Translations under genes and position numbers: made by a program
Virus record (IMG/VR): IMGVR_UViG_3300020049_005532
Span: 22,466 to 86,465 of that record
DNA: 64,000 nucleotides
From: a virus
Taxonomy: Duplodnaviria > Heunggongvirae > Uroviricota > Caudoviricetes
Strand: one strand, 5' to 3'
Shown: piece by piece, positions 27,844 to 36,502 of the stretch
How the letters are laid out: every line of letters begins with the position of its first letter
How positions within the stretch are numbered: the stretch's first letter is position 1
The notes under the pieces: generated by a model
Database searches by the model: none
Seen by the model: the letters and a program-made list of their open reading frames with translations, nothing else
What the model was told of the DNA's origin: nothing

Positions 27844-28290
27844 CAATCCAGCTATCTGGCCCAAGCTTGCCGTGCCTATAGTGATCAAGGTTTATTTTAT
27901 CTAGACTATCACCAAAATATAAATCAAATTTTTTAAATCGGATTCTATAACTAATTAGCATGGCGTTAGGTCTGTAAAATTTTTGTTTATAAATTATCAT
28001 AATTTTATTTCTTTAATCCAAGGATAATTGTCCAGATTATTTAATACACTAAGATGCGGATCACTTTCCCAAAAAATAATTATAACTTTTTTATCTAATT
28101 CTAGTAGATAACGAAAAGAAACGTCGTTGTCTTTAAAAAGTTTCATAATTTAATTTCTTTAACTATCTTTGTTAAATGAACTATTTCCGCAGAAACCCCT
28201 GCCCAATGACTTAAACAAGTTAATTCAATAACTAATTTATCAAGTGTTAGGATATATCTGTCTTGTAAGCCAGAAACTTTATAAAGAAAC
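27844..28290 (-). other. Cluster of two or three sub-60-aa ORFs absent from the ORF track (e.g. MIIYKQKFYRPNAML... and MKLFKDNDVSFRYLLELDKK...). Boundaries are approximate.
   Basis: Hand translation of the - strand. ATGA-type coupling between consecutive ORFs. Confidence 0.3.
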
Positions 28291-28294
28291 AATC

Positions 28295-29428
28295 TCAATG
28301 GAACTCCGTATTATGCTTTTGAAGATAATAGGCGTCGCTAATCCATTTTAGAGCAACTCTGGTTAAAGATCCGGTTGATTTTTCGATTACAGGCTTAACT
28401 ACAATACCCTCTCGAACACAACCAAAATCCTCTCCGTCTCGAAGCAGCGAAATCTTTTCTTTATCCCAAGGACCCACATAAAGCTCTGGGACTGTTTCTA
28501 ATCCCATAGATTGAGCTTCTTCTTTAAAGTCACTGTGATTTAAATAACTTTGATCATCATTAAACATGATATCAAATATATAAAGTTTATGTTCATCTTT
28601 CCCGCACCCATACGGATAGTTTTTCTGAATACCGTCGCCAACAATTTCACCGTAAATAGTGTAACCGTCTTGAATTTTATCTTTTAAATCATATTGATTT
28701 ACTATTTTAGTGTAAACGTCGCCAAAATTTACACCTTGACTTGGAATGTTTACGCCTGGATGTTTCTTTCCTGGCTTGCTAGAGATTTCAACCGTTCTGC
28801 TTCCCCAAACAAACTCATATTGGGGCAACAAACCAAAATATTTTTTAATTTTTTTCCAAGGGGTATTAGCAACAGTTCGGACCCATCCAGCGCGAAAGTT
28901 AGTTCCGTGAAGTTTGGCACTAACATAAACTAGTTCGCCGTCTTGAAAGGATCGGTCATAGTTTTTAAAATGTTCGAGCTTTGAGTATTCTTTAAAGTCC
29001 GGATGTTTTTTCTTAGTTGAAACTGCTTTAACTCGCATTGCATTTGGTAGTTCAGCTTCTGGTTGTTCGTATTTTGAAATGCCCAATACACCAGATAAGT
29101 CGGTCTCGACTTCAGCGGTAATTCCGAGAACTTCAGGCTTCACTGCCATACCTTGACTAATCTGGCCACGAAGTTTAATAGAGCGCACTCGATGTTTAGT
29201 TAGCTTGACCTTTGAATCTGAACCAAAGATTTTATCTTCCAGATCTTGGGTTAAAATGCTGTCTACGGGAATATAGACAACTAGTTCTCCTTGAGCAAAA
29301 TCATCTTTTTTTACTACAACGTCCCAGTCATAAATTTTGACAATATCAAGTGCGTCAGCGTTTGGGTGCGTTTTAACTTCTCGAATTACTGTCAATGGAA
29401 CTTTAAATGTGCTCATTCGAATATCCAA
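28295..29428 (-). CDS. Rnl2-like RNA ligase fused to an N-terminal tRNA-binding (Myf/Trbp111-like) OB domain.
   Basis: N-terminus HPNADALDIVKIYDWDVVV...LRGQISQGM matches the tRNA_bind HPNADKL pattern. Ligase motif I SAKLHGTNF matches T4 Rnl2 EKIHGTNF. Motif III is YGEIVG and motif IV is EGIVVKP. Confidence 0.7.
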   Translation of the reverse strand: MDIRMSTFKVPLTVIREVKTHPNADALDIVKIYDWDVVVKKDDFAQGELVVYIPVDSILTQDLEDKIFGSDSKVKLTKHRVRSIKLRGQISQGMAVKPEVLGITAEVETDLSGVLGISKYEQPEAELPNAMRVKAVSTKKKHPDFKEYSKLEHFKNYDRSFQDGELVYVSAKLHGTNFRAGWVRTVANTPWKKIKKYFGLLPQYEFVWGSRTVEISSKPGKKHPGVNIPSQGVNFGDVYTKIVNQYDLKDKIQDGYTIYGEIVGDGIQKNYPYGCGKDEHKLYIFDIMFNDDQSYLNHSDFKEEAQSMGLETVPELYVGPWDKEKISLLRDGEDFGCVREGIVVKPVIEKSTGSLTRVALKWISDAYYLQKHNTEFH

Positions 29429-29937
29429 TTGTATGTTTCTAAACTTCTAATAAATTTAGATTTACTGTTAAAAAACTTAGGAATACCAATACAACTCTTA
29501 TACAAAAACCCAACACAAAGGATTAAGTCGGCGTCTTGAGGCTTTTTTGGTTCAGCGTAAGCATAGCCGTTCTTCATAAAAGAGTATTTGCCCAAAGTCT
29601 GTCCTTGTCCAATAACAATACTTCTTTTTTTGCCCATTGTCAAGCATTTTTTAAGATCATCTATAACTTTTTCGTTTTTAAGCTTTAATCCAGAATAAAA
29701 AACAAGATTATGACGACCAAAAAGATTGTTATCATATATTACCATGTGACCAAAAACGCGATTTGTCACTTTATGGGGTATTTTCTTTTCAACCAACATT
29801 CGATTTACTGACTCTAGCTTTGGAACCGAAATTACAAAGGGATCTAGAGCGTGACGCGAACAAAGGTCAAGATAATAGTCAATATCCGTTGTGGTGTTAT
29901 CACAAAATATAAAGGCTTTAACCTTGACCTCAGACAT
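29413..29937 (-). CDS. Hypothetical protein (174 aa).
   Basis: ORF track. Confidence 0.35.
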   Translation of the reverse strand: MSEVKVKAFIFCDNTTTDIDYYLDLCSRHALDPFVISVPKLESVNRMLVEKKIPHKVTNRVFGHMVIYDNNLFGRHNLVFYSGLKLKNEKVIDDLKKCLTMGKKRSIVIGQGQTLGKYSFMKNGYAYAEPKKPQDADLILCVGFLYKSCIGIPKFFNSKSKFIRSLETYNWIFE

Positions 29938-29939
29938 TT

Positions 29940-30593
29940 TTACTTCTTTTTCTTTGATTTTTTCTCTGGACCTTGGACGGGTTTCTTTTCAAATGTAACA
30001 AGTTGCGAAGACAGACGAATTTCTTGTTGCATCAATCGAGGATAGCCAATATGATCGACAAGCCCAAGTTTTAGTGCGTCTTCTGGAGTAAGATAAAGGT
30101 CGCCATTTGAACGGGACTTCATTTTTGTTTCCCAGAATGCCGGAGTTTTATTTGTGTCTTCTGCAAAGTTTCCAATAACAAATTTATTCATTCTGGCAGT
30201 CTCTTCAATAGAAATTTGCATATCGTTAAGTTTGCCCACTGTGCCGCTCGATACTTCATGCAGCATTACAGACGTGCTAGGCGAAGCAAATCGCAGACCT
30301 TTCGATCCGGCTGCTAGCAAGAATGCGCCAGCTGACATGGCTTTACCGTAAGCAATAGTAGCAACTTGTTTATTAGAAGACTTAATTAGATCTCGCATGG
30401 CCATCATATTGTGAGCAGACCCGCCATAAGAACTAATCACGATTTGAATAGTTCCAACTTCTGGATTCTGTTCTGCATCAATAAATCGCTTAGTAAAATC
30501 TTTAAGTCCACTATCACTAAAACTACTAACCCAGATTGGTCCTGTTTCAGATAGTTCCAATCCCTCGATCTGTGGCATCATCATTGTCTTCAT
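29940..30593 (-). CDS. ClpP-like serine protease subunit (copy 2).
   Basis: IVISSYGGSAHNMMAMRDLI...ATIAYGKAMSAGAFLLAAGSKGLRFASPSTSVMLHE parallels ClpP [31 protein letters not shown]. Confidence 0.8.
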   Translation of the reverse strand: MKTMMMPQIEGLELSETGPIWVSSFSDSGLKDFTKRFIDAEQNPEVGTIQIVISSYGGSAHNMMAMRDLIKSSNKQVATIAYGKAMSAGAFLLAAGSKGLRFASPSTSVMLHEVSSGTVGKLNDMQISIEETARMNKFVIGNFAEDTNKTPAFWETKMKSRSNGDLYLTPEDALKLGLVDHIGYPRLMQQEIRLSSQLVTFEKKPVQGPEKKSKKKK

Positions 30594-30731
30594 TTAGAAG
30601 TTTTTCCTTGCATTGTTGAATTTTCTTTTCTGTTACTTTTTTATCTGTAATCACGCAGTTAGCAAAGTCTGCGTGACAAATCTCTTGATCTGCACTATTT
30701 AAGCAAAATGCGAAAATAATATCAATCAACA

Positions 30732-31049
30732 TTACTTAATGATTTCGTCAAAAGTGATATTGAATTGCTTCTTGCTTTCGATTTCAGCAATCTTAGCTTT
30801 TCCTTCTTCTGTATCTGGCGGAAAAAACTTGCCATTGACAACATAAACTTTATTGTTTTCTTTTCCAGGAAGAGTACAGCGAATTGCCGGACCGTTAGGG
30901 TTGTGCAAAAATTTATAAAACTCGTACTTTTTAGCTAGAGTTTCCATGTCATGTTCTGACGGGTTCGAACATTTTGTGTTGAAATCCGAAGAACATGTTA
31001 CTTCAAATTGACCATTTTTATCTTGAAAAGTTACTGTAGAATTTACCAT
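30732..31049 (-). CDS. Hypothetical protein, paralog of 56864..57202.
   Basis: Shared FLHNPNGPAIRC / YLHNTEGPAMVF and KVYVVNGKFFPPDTEEG / KLYVIDGILIPPDTLLG. Confidence 0.4.
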   Translation of the reverse strand: MVNSTVTFQDKNGQFEVTCSSDFNTKCSNPSEHDMETLAKKYEFYKFLHNPNGPAIRCTLPGKENNKVYVVNGKFFPPDTEEGKAKIAEIESKKQFNITFDEIIK

Positions 31050-31057
31050 ACTATCTC

Positions 31058-32347
31058 CTATTTTAATTGTTCCATTTTAAAAGTTAAACCAATGTCTTTG
31101 TAAGGATGATCGACTTGTCCTCCATCAGAGATGATGAAGATAATTCGATTTGACAACTTAATGTCTTCTTTTGAATAATACCCATCAGTAAAAATGATGG
31201 ATAGGTTAGGGTTATTCTTTTTGATATGATCAAATACCTCCCTTGGGTCTGTACCTCCTGATTCGATTTCACTTTCTTTAAATAAGGAACCTTTTTTATA
31301 TTTCTTAAAGGAATATAAACTGGTATGCCATAGACCAAGATTGCATTTCTTCATCTGTCCTTCGCCAAGAAGCGCATTAATCATCTTGATTGACTGATTA
31401 ATTTCATTATATGTAAAAGACCCGCTTGTGTCCATATACATGTTCATAAAAGGCATACGGTCAGTTGTGTTGCCTGGAGCATACTCCGCATACCGTTTAT
31501 TTGGACGAACCCATGTGCTCACTCTATCAGGACTAGTCATATTCTTCTTTACTGCATACTTAAAGATTGCCTTATAGTTAAGCTTCTTAAGCTGCATGTC
31601 AATTTCAGAAATAAAATCCTTAATAGATCCAGGAATCAGACTGTGGTCTTTAAACGTTTTGTCAATGGCTCTTTCTGCCATTTTCTTTGCTTCGTTTAGA
31701 AGCTGACGTTTTTCTTCTTCAGTCAATTCTTCCCAATCGTGTTTATCAAAGGGCTTATATTTCTTAAACTGATCATGATTAATGCTAGAACCTTTACCTT
31801 GTCCTTTGCCAGAGTTTCCTTCCCCGTCCTGTTCCTGGGGAGGATTTGTTGTTTGTTTTAACAAATCAAAATATGTCTCCGTTGTGCTAAATACCGGAAA
31901 AGGAGTTCCGTCTTTTTGTTTCCAATCTTTAACGTTAACGCACTTTCCTGGACATTTTGTATTCTTGCAAGGAACTTTTTGTGCTGGATCACATTGATCA
32001 CATCCATCAGGAAGATTCTTGATGTATTGATTAATCGCCATGTCAGCGGCAATATTCTTAAGAGTATGCTCTTTTTCATTTCCCAACCGCTCAAATCGAA
32101 ACAAATGACCTTTTTCAAAGTGCATAAGCTCGTGCAAAAATACAGCGACCCGTTGTTCCGGTTCGAGAATATTAAAAAACTTGGGACTAGCTACAATATT
32201 AAACTTCATTGTTTTTTTATCGTAGTAAATCCCAGCCGTTGGCACTTCCTCGGTCATTCGGATGTGCATTTCCTGAACAAGATGCCCGATAAAAGCATGT
32301 TGCTTGATCATGTCTCGAATTGTACGCTGAAGAAGTGGATTACTCAT
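31058..32347 (-). CDS. CobT-like VWA-domain protein with an N-terminal HExxH metallopeptidase-like module (partner of the MoxR/CobS ATPase).
   Basis: HELMHFEKGH in the N-terminal region. Acidic/low-complexity linker. C-terminal vWA-like segment. ATGA-coupled to the AAA gene. Confidence 0.55.
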   Translation of the reverse strand: MSNPLLQRTIRDMIKQHAFIGHLVQEMHIRMTEEVPTAGIYYDKKTMKFNIVASPKFFNILEPEQRVAVFLHELMHFEKGHLFRFERLGNEKEHTLKNIAADMAINQYIKNLPDGCDQCDPAQKVPCKNTKCPGKCVNVKDWKQKDGTPFPVFSTTETYFDLLKQTTNPPQEQDGEGNSGKGQGKGSSINHDQFKKYKPFDKHDWEELTEEEKRQLLNEAKKMAERAIDKTFKDHSLIPGSIKDFISEIDMQLKKLNYKAIFKYAVKKNMTSPDRVSTWVRPNKRYAEYAPGNTTDRMPFMNMYMDTSGSFTYNEINQSIKMINALLGEGQMKKCNLGLWHTSLYSFKKYKKGSLFKESEIESGGTDPREVFDHIKKNNPNLSIIFTDGYYSKEDIKLSNRIIFIISDGGQVDHPYKDIGLTFKMEQLK

Positions 32348-33420
32348 TAATCTTCCTTTTTTGCAAGGATGTTGTGGAAATATTCTTTAACTCTACCAGT
32401 AACAATTCGTTTTGTCAACTCATTTGTTTTGTCGCCGCGTTTTCCTTCCAATTTATACAAAAGGTCTGGTCCTTGATCGGCAGGGAGGACCAATAGAACT
32501 TCTTCCAAAAGCTCGTCGTCAATTGTTCCGTCCTGAACGATATCCTGAACTGTTAAGGAAACGCTACCCGCTTTGTACTCTTCGTTACTGCAAAGCTGCT
32601 TTAGGCGATCTAGCGACTTTTTACGGCTACGCTTGTCTTTTAGTTCTTTAAAGAGAACTGGACGGTCGTCATGTTTAAATTGATAGAAAGAAGCGCCTTG
32701 CAATTGACCAAGGGTATTTGAATATACCATCAGCTCAAAGCCTGTGCCATATTCCTCAATGCCAGCTTTGATTGCCGTATCAAGCTTCTCGATTGAACGA
32801 GGAGAAAGGTATTTGTCTCCAGCCGAATCAGAGATGTTTTCTGGGCGGCGGTATTTAAAGATACCTTGCTCAACCCAGTTTACGATAGCCGGATGATAGT
32901 CACGACTGCGCATAAATTCGACGTGCTCTGCCTTGTCGTATTCAACGTTAAAGAATTCGAAGCGGTCCTTAAGGGCGCTATCCATTGTATTAACGTCGTT
33001 TTGTTCGTCTTCTGGATTGATGGCTGCAACGATTAAAACCTCGTCTGGGAGCTTGTGGGAGCCAATAGTGCGGTCTGTAAGAAGTTGCATAAACGCATTC
33101 ATAACAGACTGAGTGCCACGGTTAACTTCGTCGATAAATACGACGTGTTTACCTTCATCTGGCCACATGTCAGGAGTTGCGTTAACTGTTTTTTCTTTGC
33201 CGTTTTTAACGACTACACGAGGAAAGCCAATTAGATCTGGTGCTTCTCGGAGAGCGGCACGAATGTCGATAAGGCCGTAACCATTTTTCTTTGCCCAGTC
33301 CTGTACGATGGCAGATTTGCCTAGTCCTGGCGGGGACACAAATAGGGGATTAAATACTCGGTTCTGTGAACGAGCTTGTTTAGCGAGGTCCATAACTTTA
33401 TAAATATCTGATGGCTTCAT
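32347..33420 (-). CDS. MoxR/CobS-like AAA+ ATPase.
   Basis: Walker A SPPGLGKS. Walker B VVFIDEVNR. Sensor AAINP, AAA_5-like. Confidence 0.75.
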   Translation of the reverse strand: MKPSDIYKVMDLAKQARSQNRVFNPLFVSPPGLGKSAIVQDWAKKNGYGLIDIRAALREAPDLIGFPRVVVKNGKEKTVNATPDMWPDEGKHVVFIDEVNRGTQSVMNAFMQLLTDRTIGSHKLPDEVLIVAAINPEDEQNDVNTMDSALKDRFEFFNVEYDKAEHVEFMRSRDYHPAIVNWVEQGIFKYRRPENISDSAGDKYLSPRSIEKLDTAIKAGIEEYGTGFELMVYSNTLGQLQGASFYQFKHDDRPVLFKELKDKRSRKKSLDRLKQLCSNEEYKAGSVSLTVQDIVQDGTIDDELLEEVLLVLPADQGPDLLYKLEGKRGDKTNELTKRIVTGRVKEYFHNILAKKED

Positions 33421-33450
33421 CTATTCTCCTTTGGCATTGTGCCTTTTTGG

Positions 33451-33479
33451 AGTATAAACTAAGATTTTTAAAAAGTCAA
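33451..33479 (-). promoter_or_regulatory. Sigma70-like promoter TTGACT-N17-TATACT upstream of the CobS-like gene.
   Basis: RC of 33474-33479 is TTGACT and RC of 33451-33456 is TATACT. Confidence 0.5.
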
Positions 33480-33481
33480 GA

Positions 33482-33622
33482 GATATGTTACTTGTCTACA
33501 CAAAATAAAATCGGGTTATTTCCGTACATATCGTGGAAATATAATTCCCATTTTAATATTCCGTTTTCATATTCACAAATAGAAATACTGTGTCCGTAGT
33601 TATAAAACTCAATAGTTCTCAT
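33482..33622 (-). CDS. Small protein (46 aa, MRTIEFYNYGHSISICEYENGILKWELYF...), a small-protein family member.
   Basis: Hand translation. ATGA-coupled to the upstream small ORF. Core ENGILKWELYF. Confidence 0.4.
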
Positions 33623-33750
33623 AGCTTATAGACCAAAAGATACGGTCCATATATGCTGTTTTTAGGAAACACAATTTCCCACTCAATAAAACCTCGAGAA
33701 TTTAATTGCACTAAATAGCTACCAAATTTGTCGTATTTTATTTCAATCAT
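33619..33750 (-). CDS. Small protein (43 aa, MIEIKYDKFGSYLVQLNSRGFIEWEIVF...), a small-protein family member.
   Basis: Hand translation. ATG overlaps the polymerase stop (ATGA). Confidence 0.4.
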   Translation of the reverse strand: MIEIKYDKFGSYLVQLNSRGFIEWEIVFPKNSIYGPYLLVYKL

Positions 33751-36023
33751 TTGATATCCTTAAGCTTTTCTTGATTTTTCTTCAAAGAATAATTGATAAA
33801 ACGAGACTTTGTATCAATTACATTGTCAAAGATCTTGGACGAGTCGTGCAGTCGTTTAAGTAACTTGGTTTCGTCATAATCACCATCAAAGTTCTCAACT
33901 AGACACAGTTCCTTGTCTTTTTTGTAGAAAACATAGACCTTATCGCCCTCAGTATATTCAGATCCTTCAATTGCTCGACGCAGCTTTGCTTCGTTTTCTC
34001 GATCAGAAGTAAGTACCTTTTCGCTTATAGTTTTCTTGGATGACCAGCGTTTTAAGTCTGTTACAGCCAAGGCCTCTTTAATATATTTCTCGTATATTTC
34101 TTGGAAGTTTGTTTGGTCATTTAAAATGGCATCAATAATTTCAGAATGAAAGTCTTTAATCGCTCTTTCAGTTTTGCTAGATTTTAATGCGCTTCCTTTA
34201 ATTGAACGTTTTCCGTTGTTATACAAAACATAATTTTTAGCTTTGAACGCGATACACTTATCGTGAACCCCGTCATTACCGCCATCCTGCTCCCATTCCA
34301 TAAACTCCGGAGAGATGCTGCACAGCTCTTTGTGTAGAGCAATCTTCTCTTCTTCCGAAAAAGGGGATAGGTCTGGCTTACAAAAAGAAATCGAATCGGT
34401 ATCTGTTGGTCCAATTAAAAAATTATGAGACGGAATATTTAGTGGAATAGGCTCGCCGATACTTAGTATTCCACTGGCTTCCTCGTCTTTTCCAACAATA
34501 TCAAAAAACTTCTGTAGCCAGTAATCCTTCCCTTGGCCAGATGCCCAGCGCAATCCAAGGTCGATAACTTTTCTGGTTTCTTCTGTAATCTTAGCTGCAA
34601 TCTTTGGCGAGTTAAAGTTAAGGCCGGAAGTGTTAGTTACTCCGTAGCTCGAATTAATGAAGATTTTATTCGAGGCGTCAAGTTGTTTGTAATATACATC
34701 GCCGGTTTCCTTAAACTTCTTTTTCATGTCAAATCTTCGATTAGCAAAATAATTTACCATATGATAGAAATGGGCCTTTGGATCTTTCTTTTCGTCATAT
34801 AATTTGAATCGTAAAATTTGAGAAGGATAGGCTGATTTTAAATCTTCCTTGTATAGATTTTTATATATACCAGGAACAGCAAAGGAAATACCTCCCTCAA
34901 TGTGCATTCCAGTAAGATCTGTTTTCTCTGGAATAGAGTGCATGTCTTGCAGGTAAGACGCAACAAGCATTGAGTTAATTTGTGCTCCAGTTGCTGATAG
35001 CATCATATCACTAAATGTTTTTGGAATAGATTGATTTGTGAAAAAGCTAGCCGGAACCATTAAGTCAAATAGAGCTAATGCGTCATCGCTATCATCTTTG
35101 CAATATTCTTTAATCTTTTCCCATTCTTCGGGAATGAGGTAATTGTCACGAATTGTCGCAGCGTCGTAAAACGTTCGATCTTTCTTTTGTAATCCCTCTT
35201 GTTCGATAATTGCTTTTAATCCGTATGTCTCATACTTTTTATCAACAGAGTCATAGCGCATAGCGAGCATATATGTGTCACAAATTTCTCTGCCAAATAT
35301 ACGGAAGCGATTTACTTCCATGCTTCGAGATCCGTCAACTCGAAAGTCAACCTGTCTAGGCGAAAGATAGATTTCGCTACCATCTCGACCTAATGTAAGA
35401 TAAGTCCCGTCTCTACGACAAGAATCGTACAGATACTTTAAGTCGAAATTGAGAATATTGTGTCCGACAATAATACTCGGATTAACTTCTCTGACCCAAG
35501 CTGCCCAAGCTTCAGCCATTTGACCGCAAGAATCAAAATCTGTAAATTCAAATGTTTTTTTGATAATTTGATTATTTTTTCTTAGTGTATTCGAAATAAT
35601 TAATACTTTAGATTTGGAGCCGACTTTCAGTGAAGTTGTCTCTAAGTCAAAAGAAAGAATTGAAACTTCTTGTGGCTTCATTCCTTTAAAGTAACGATAG
35701 CCGTCTTTAACCATCAATGCTTCTTGTTGGTTATAAATAGAATAAATGTCATGATGTCGCCAGATATGACGAGCTTTGGTGAATTCTTGTTTATCCGTAA
35801 ACTGGATGCCGTACCGATAATGGAGAGAACCTTTTAGTTCCACAAACTTATTCGTAATCTTTTTATTGGACAAAATCCAATAACGATTTGAGACAATTTT
35901 TTCTGTAACAATTCCGTCTTTCTCAATAAACAAAACGGCCTTGTCGTCTTCTACTTCAATAGAAACAATGTTATCAGTTTTATCTTTTCCGTAAATTAAA
36001 TGATCAAGGTTTAAATTGCTCAT
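33747..36023 (-). CDS. Family B DNA polymerase with 3'-5' exonuclease domain.
   Basis: Exo I FDLETTS. Pol A DLKSAYPSQI. Pol B KIFINSSYGV. Pol C GPTDTDSI. Confidence 0.9.
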   Translation of the reverse strand: MSNLNLDHLIYGKDKTDNIVSIEVEDDKAVLFIEKDGIVTEKIVSNRYWILSNKKITNKFVELKGSLHYRYGIQFTDKQEFTKARHIWRHHDIYSIYNQQEALMVKDGYRYFKGMKPQEVSILSFDLETTSLKVGSKSKVLIISNTLRKNNQIIKKTFEFTDFDSCGQMAEAWAAWVREVNPSIIVGHNILNFDLKYLYDSCRRDGTYLTLGRDGSEIYLSPRQVDFRVDGSRSMEVNRFRIFGREICDTYMLAMRYDSVDKKYETYGLKAIIEQEGLQKKDRTFYDAATIRDNYLIPEEWEKIKEYCKDDSDDALALFDLMVPASFFTNQSIPKTFSDMMLSATGAQINSMLVASYLQDMHSIPEKTDLTGMHIEGGISFAVPGIYKNLYKEDLKSAYPSQILRFKLYDEKKDPKAHFYHMVNYFANRRFDMKKKFKETGDVYYKQLDASNKIFINSSYGVTNTSGLNFNSPKIAAKITEETRKVIDLGLRWASGQGKDYWLQKFFDIVGKDEEASGILSIGEPIPLNIPSHNFLIGPTDTDSISFCKPDLSPFSEEEKIALHKELCSISPEFMEWEQDGGNDGVHDKCIAFKAKNYVLYNNGKRSIKGSALKSSKTERAIKDFHSEIIDAILNDQTNFQEIYEKYIKEALAVTDLKRWSSKKTISEKVLTSDRENEAKLRRAIEGSEYTEGDKVYVFYKKDKELCLVENFDGDYDETKLLKRLHDSSKIFDNVIDTKSRFINYSLKKNQEKLKDIK

Positions 36024-36187
36024 ATATTCCCGTTGCAGTATGATTGCTTAAGTACAAGAGTGCATACTCTGGCAAAGCAATAAAAGTTCCACTCATTCCA
36101 TCGTCTTCAACCGAAATACAAAGCCTAATATGGCCCTGCATTACGGAAGATTGGGCTCTAAATTTATACATGTTACCAGCTTCGAAT

Positions 36188-36502
36188 TTAATTGAAGCCT
36201 TCTTCGTCCATAGGGACTTCCATTTCATTTAGTAGCTTCTCCTTCCAAGTGGAAGATTTTATAATTCGAATGGAGTAGACCGATGTGCGTTTAATAGCAG
36301 TCGATACTTCTTCCCCTGTTTCGCCTAAGTAATAATAGTCTTCGTCAACATCTAGAAGATAAGCACTTAGTGTCCCAACTGCTTCTGCTTCGCCAAGTTT
36401 AAATTGAGTAATAACTTCTACTAGTTCTCCAATGAATGCCGAATAAAAGGTTTCACTTGTTTTTGTCTTGATGCTTTGGGTTTTATCCGACATCACGACC
36501 AT
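36188..36502 (-). CDS. Hypothetical protein (104 aa).
   Basis: ORF track. Confidence 0.35.
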   Translation of the reverse strand: MVVMSDKTQSIKTKTSETFYSAFIGELVEVITQFKLGEAEAVGTLSAYLLDVDEDYYYLGETGEEVSTAIKRTSVYSIRIIKSSTWKEKLLNEMEVPMDEEGFN

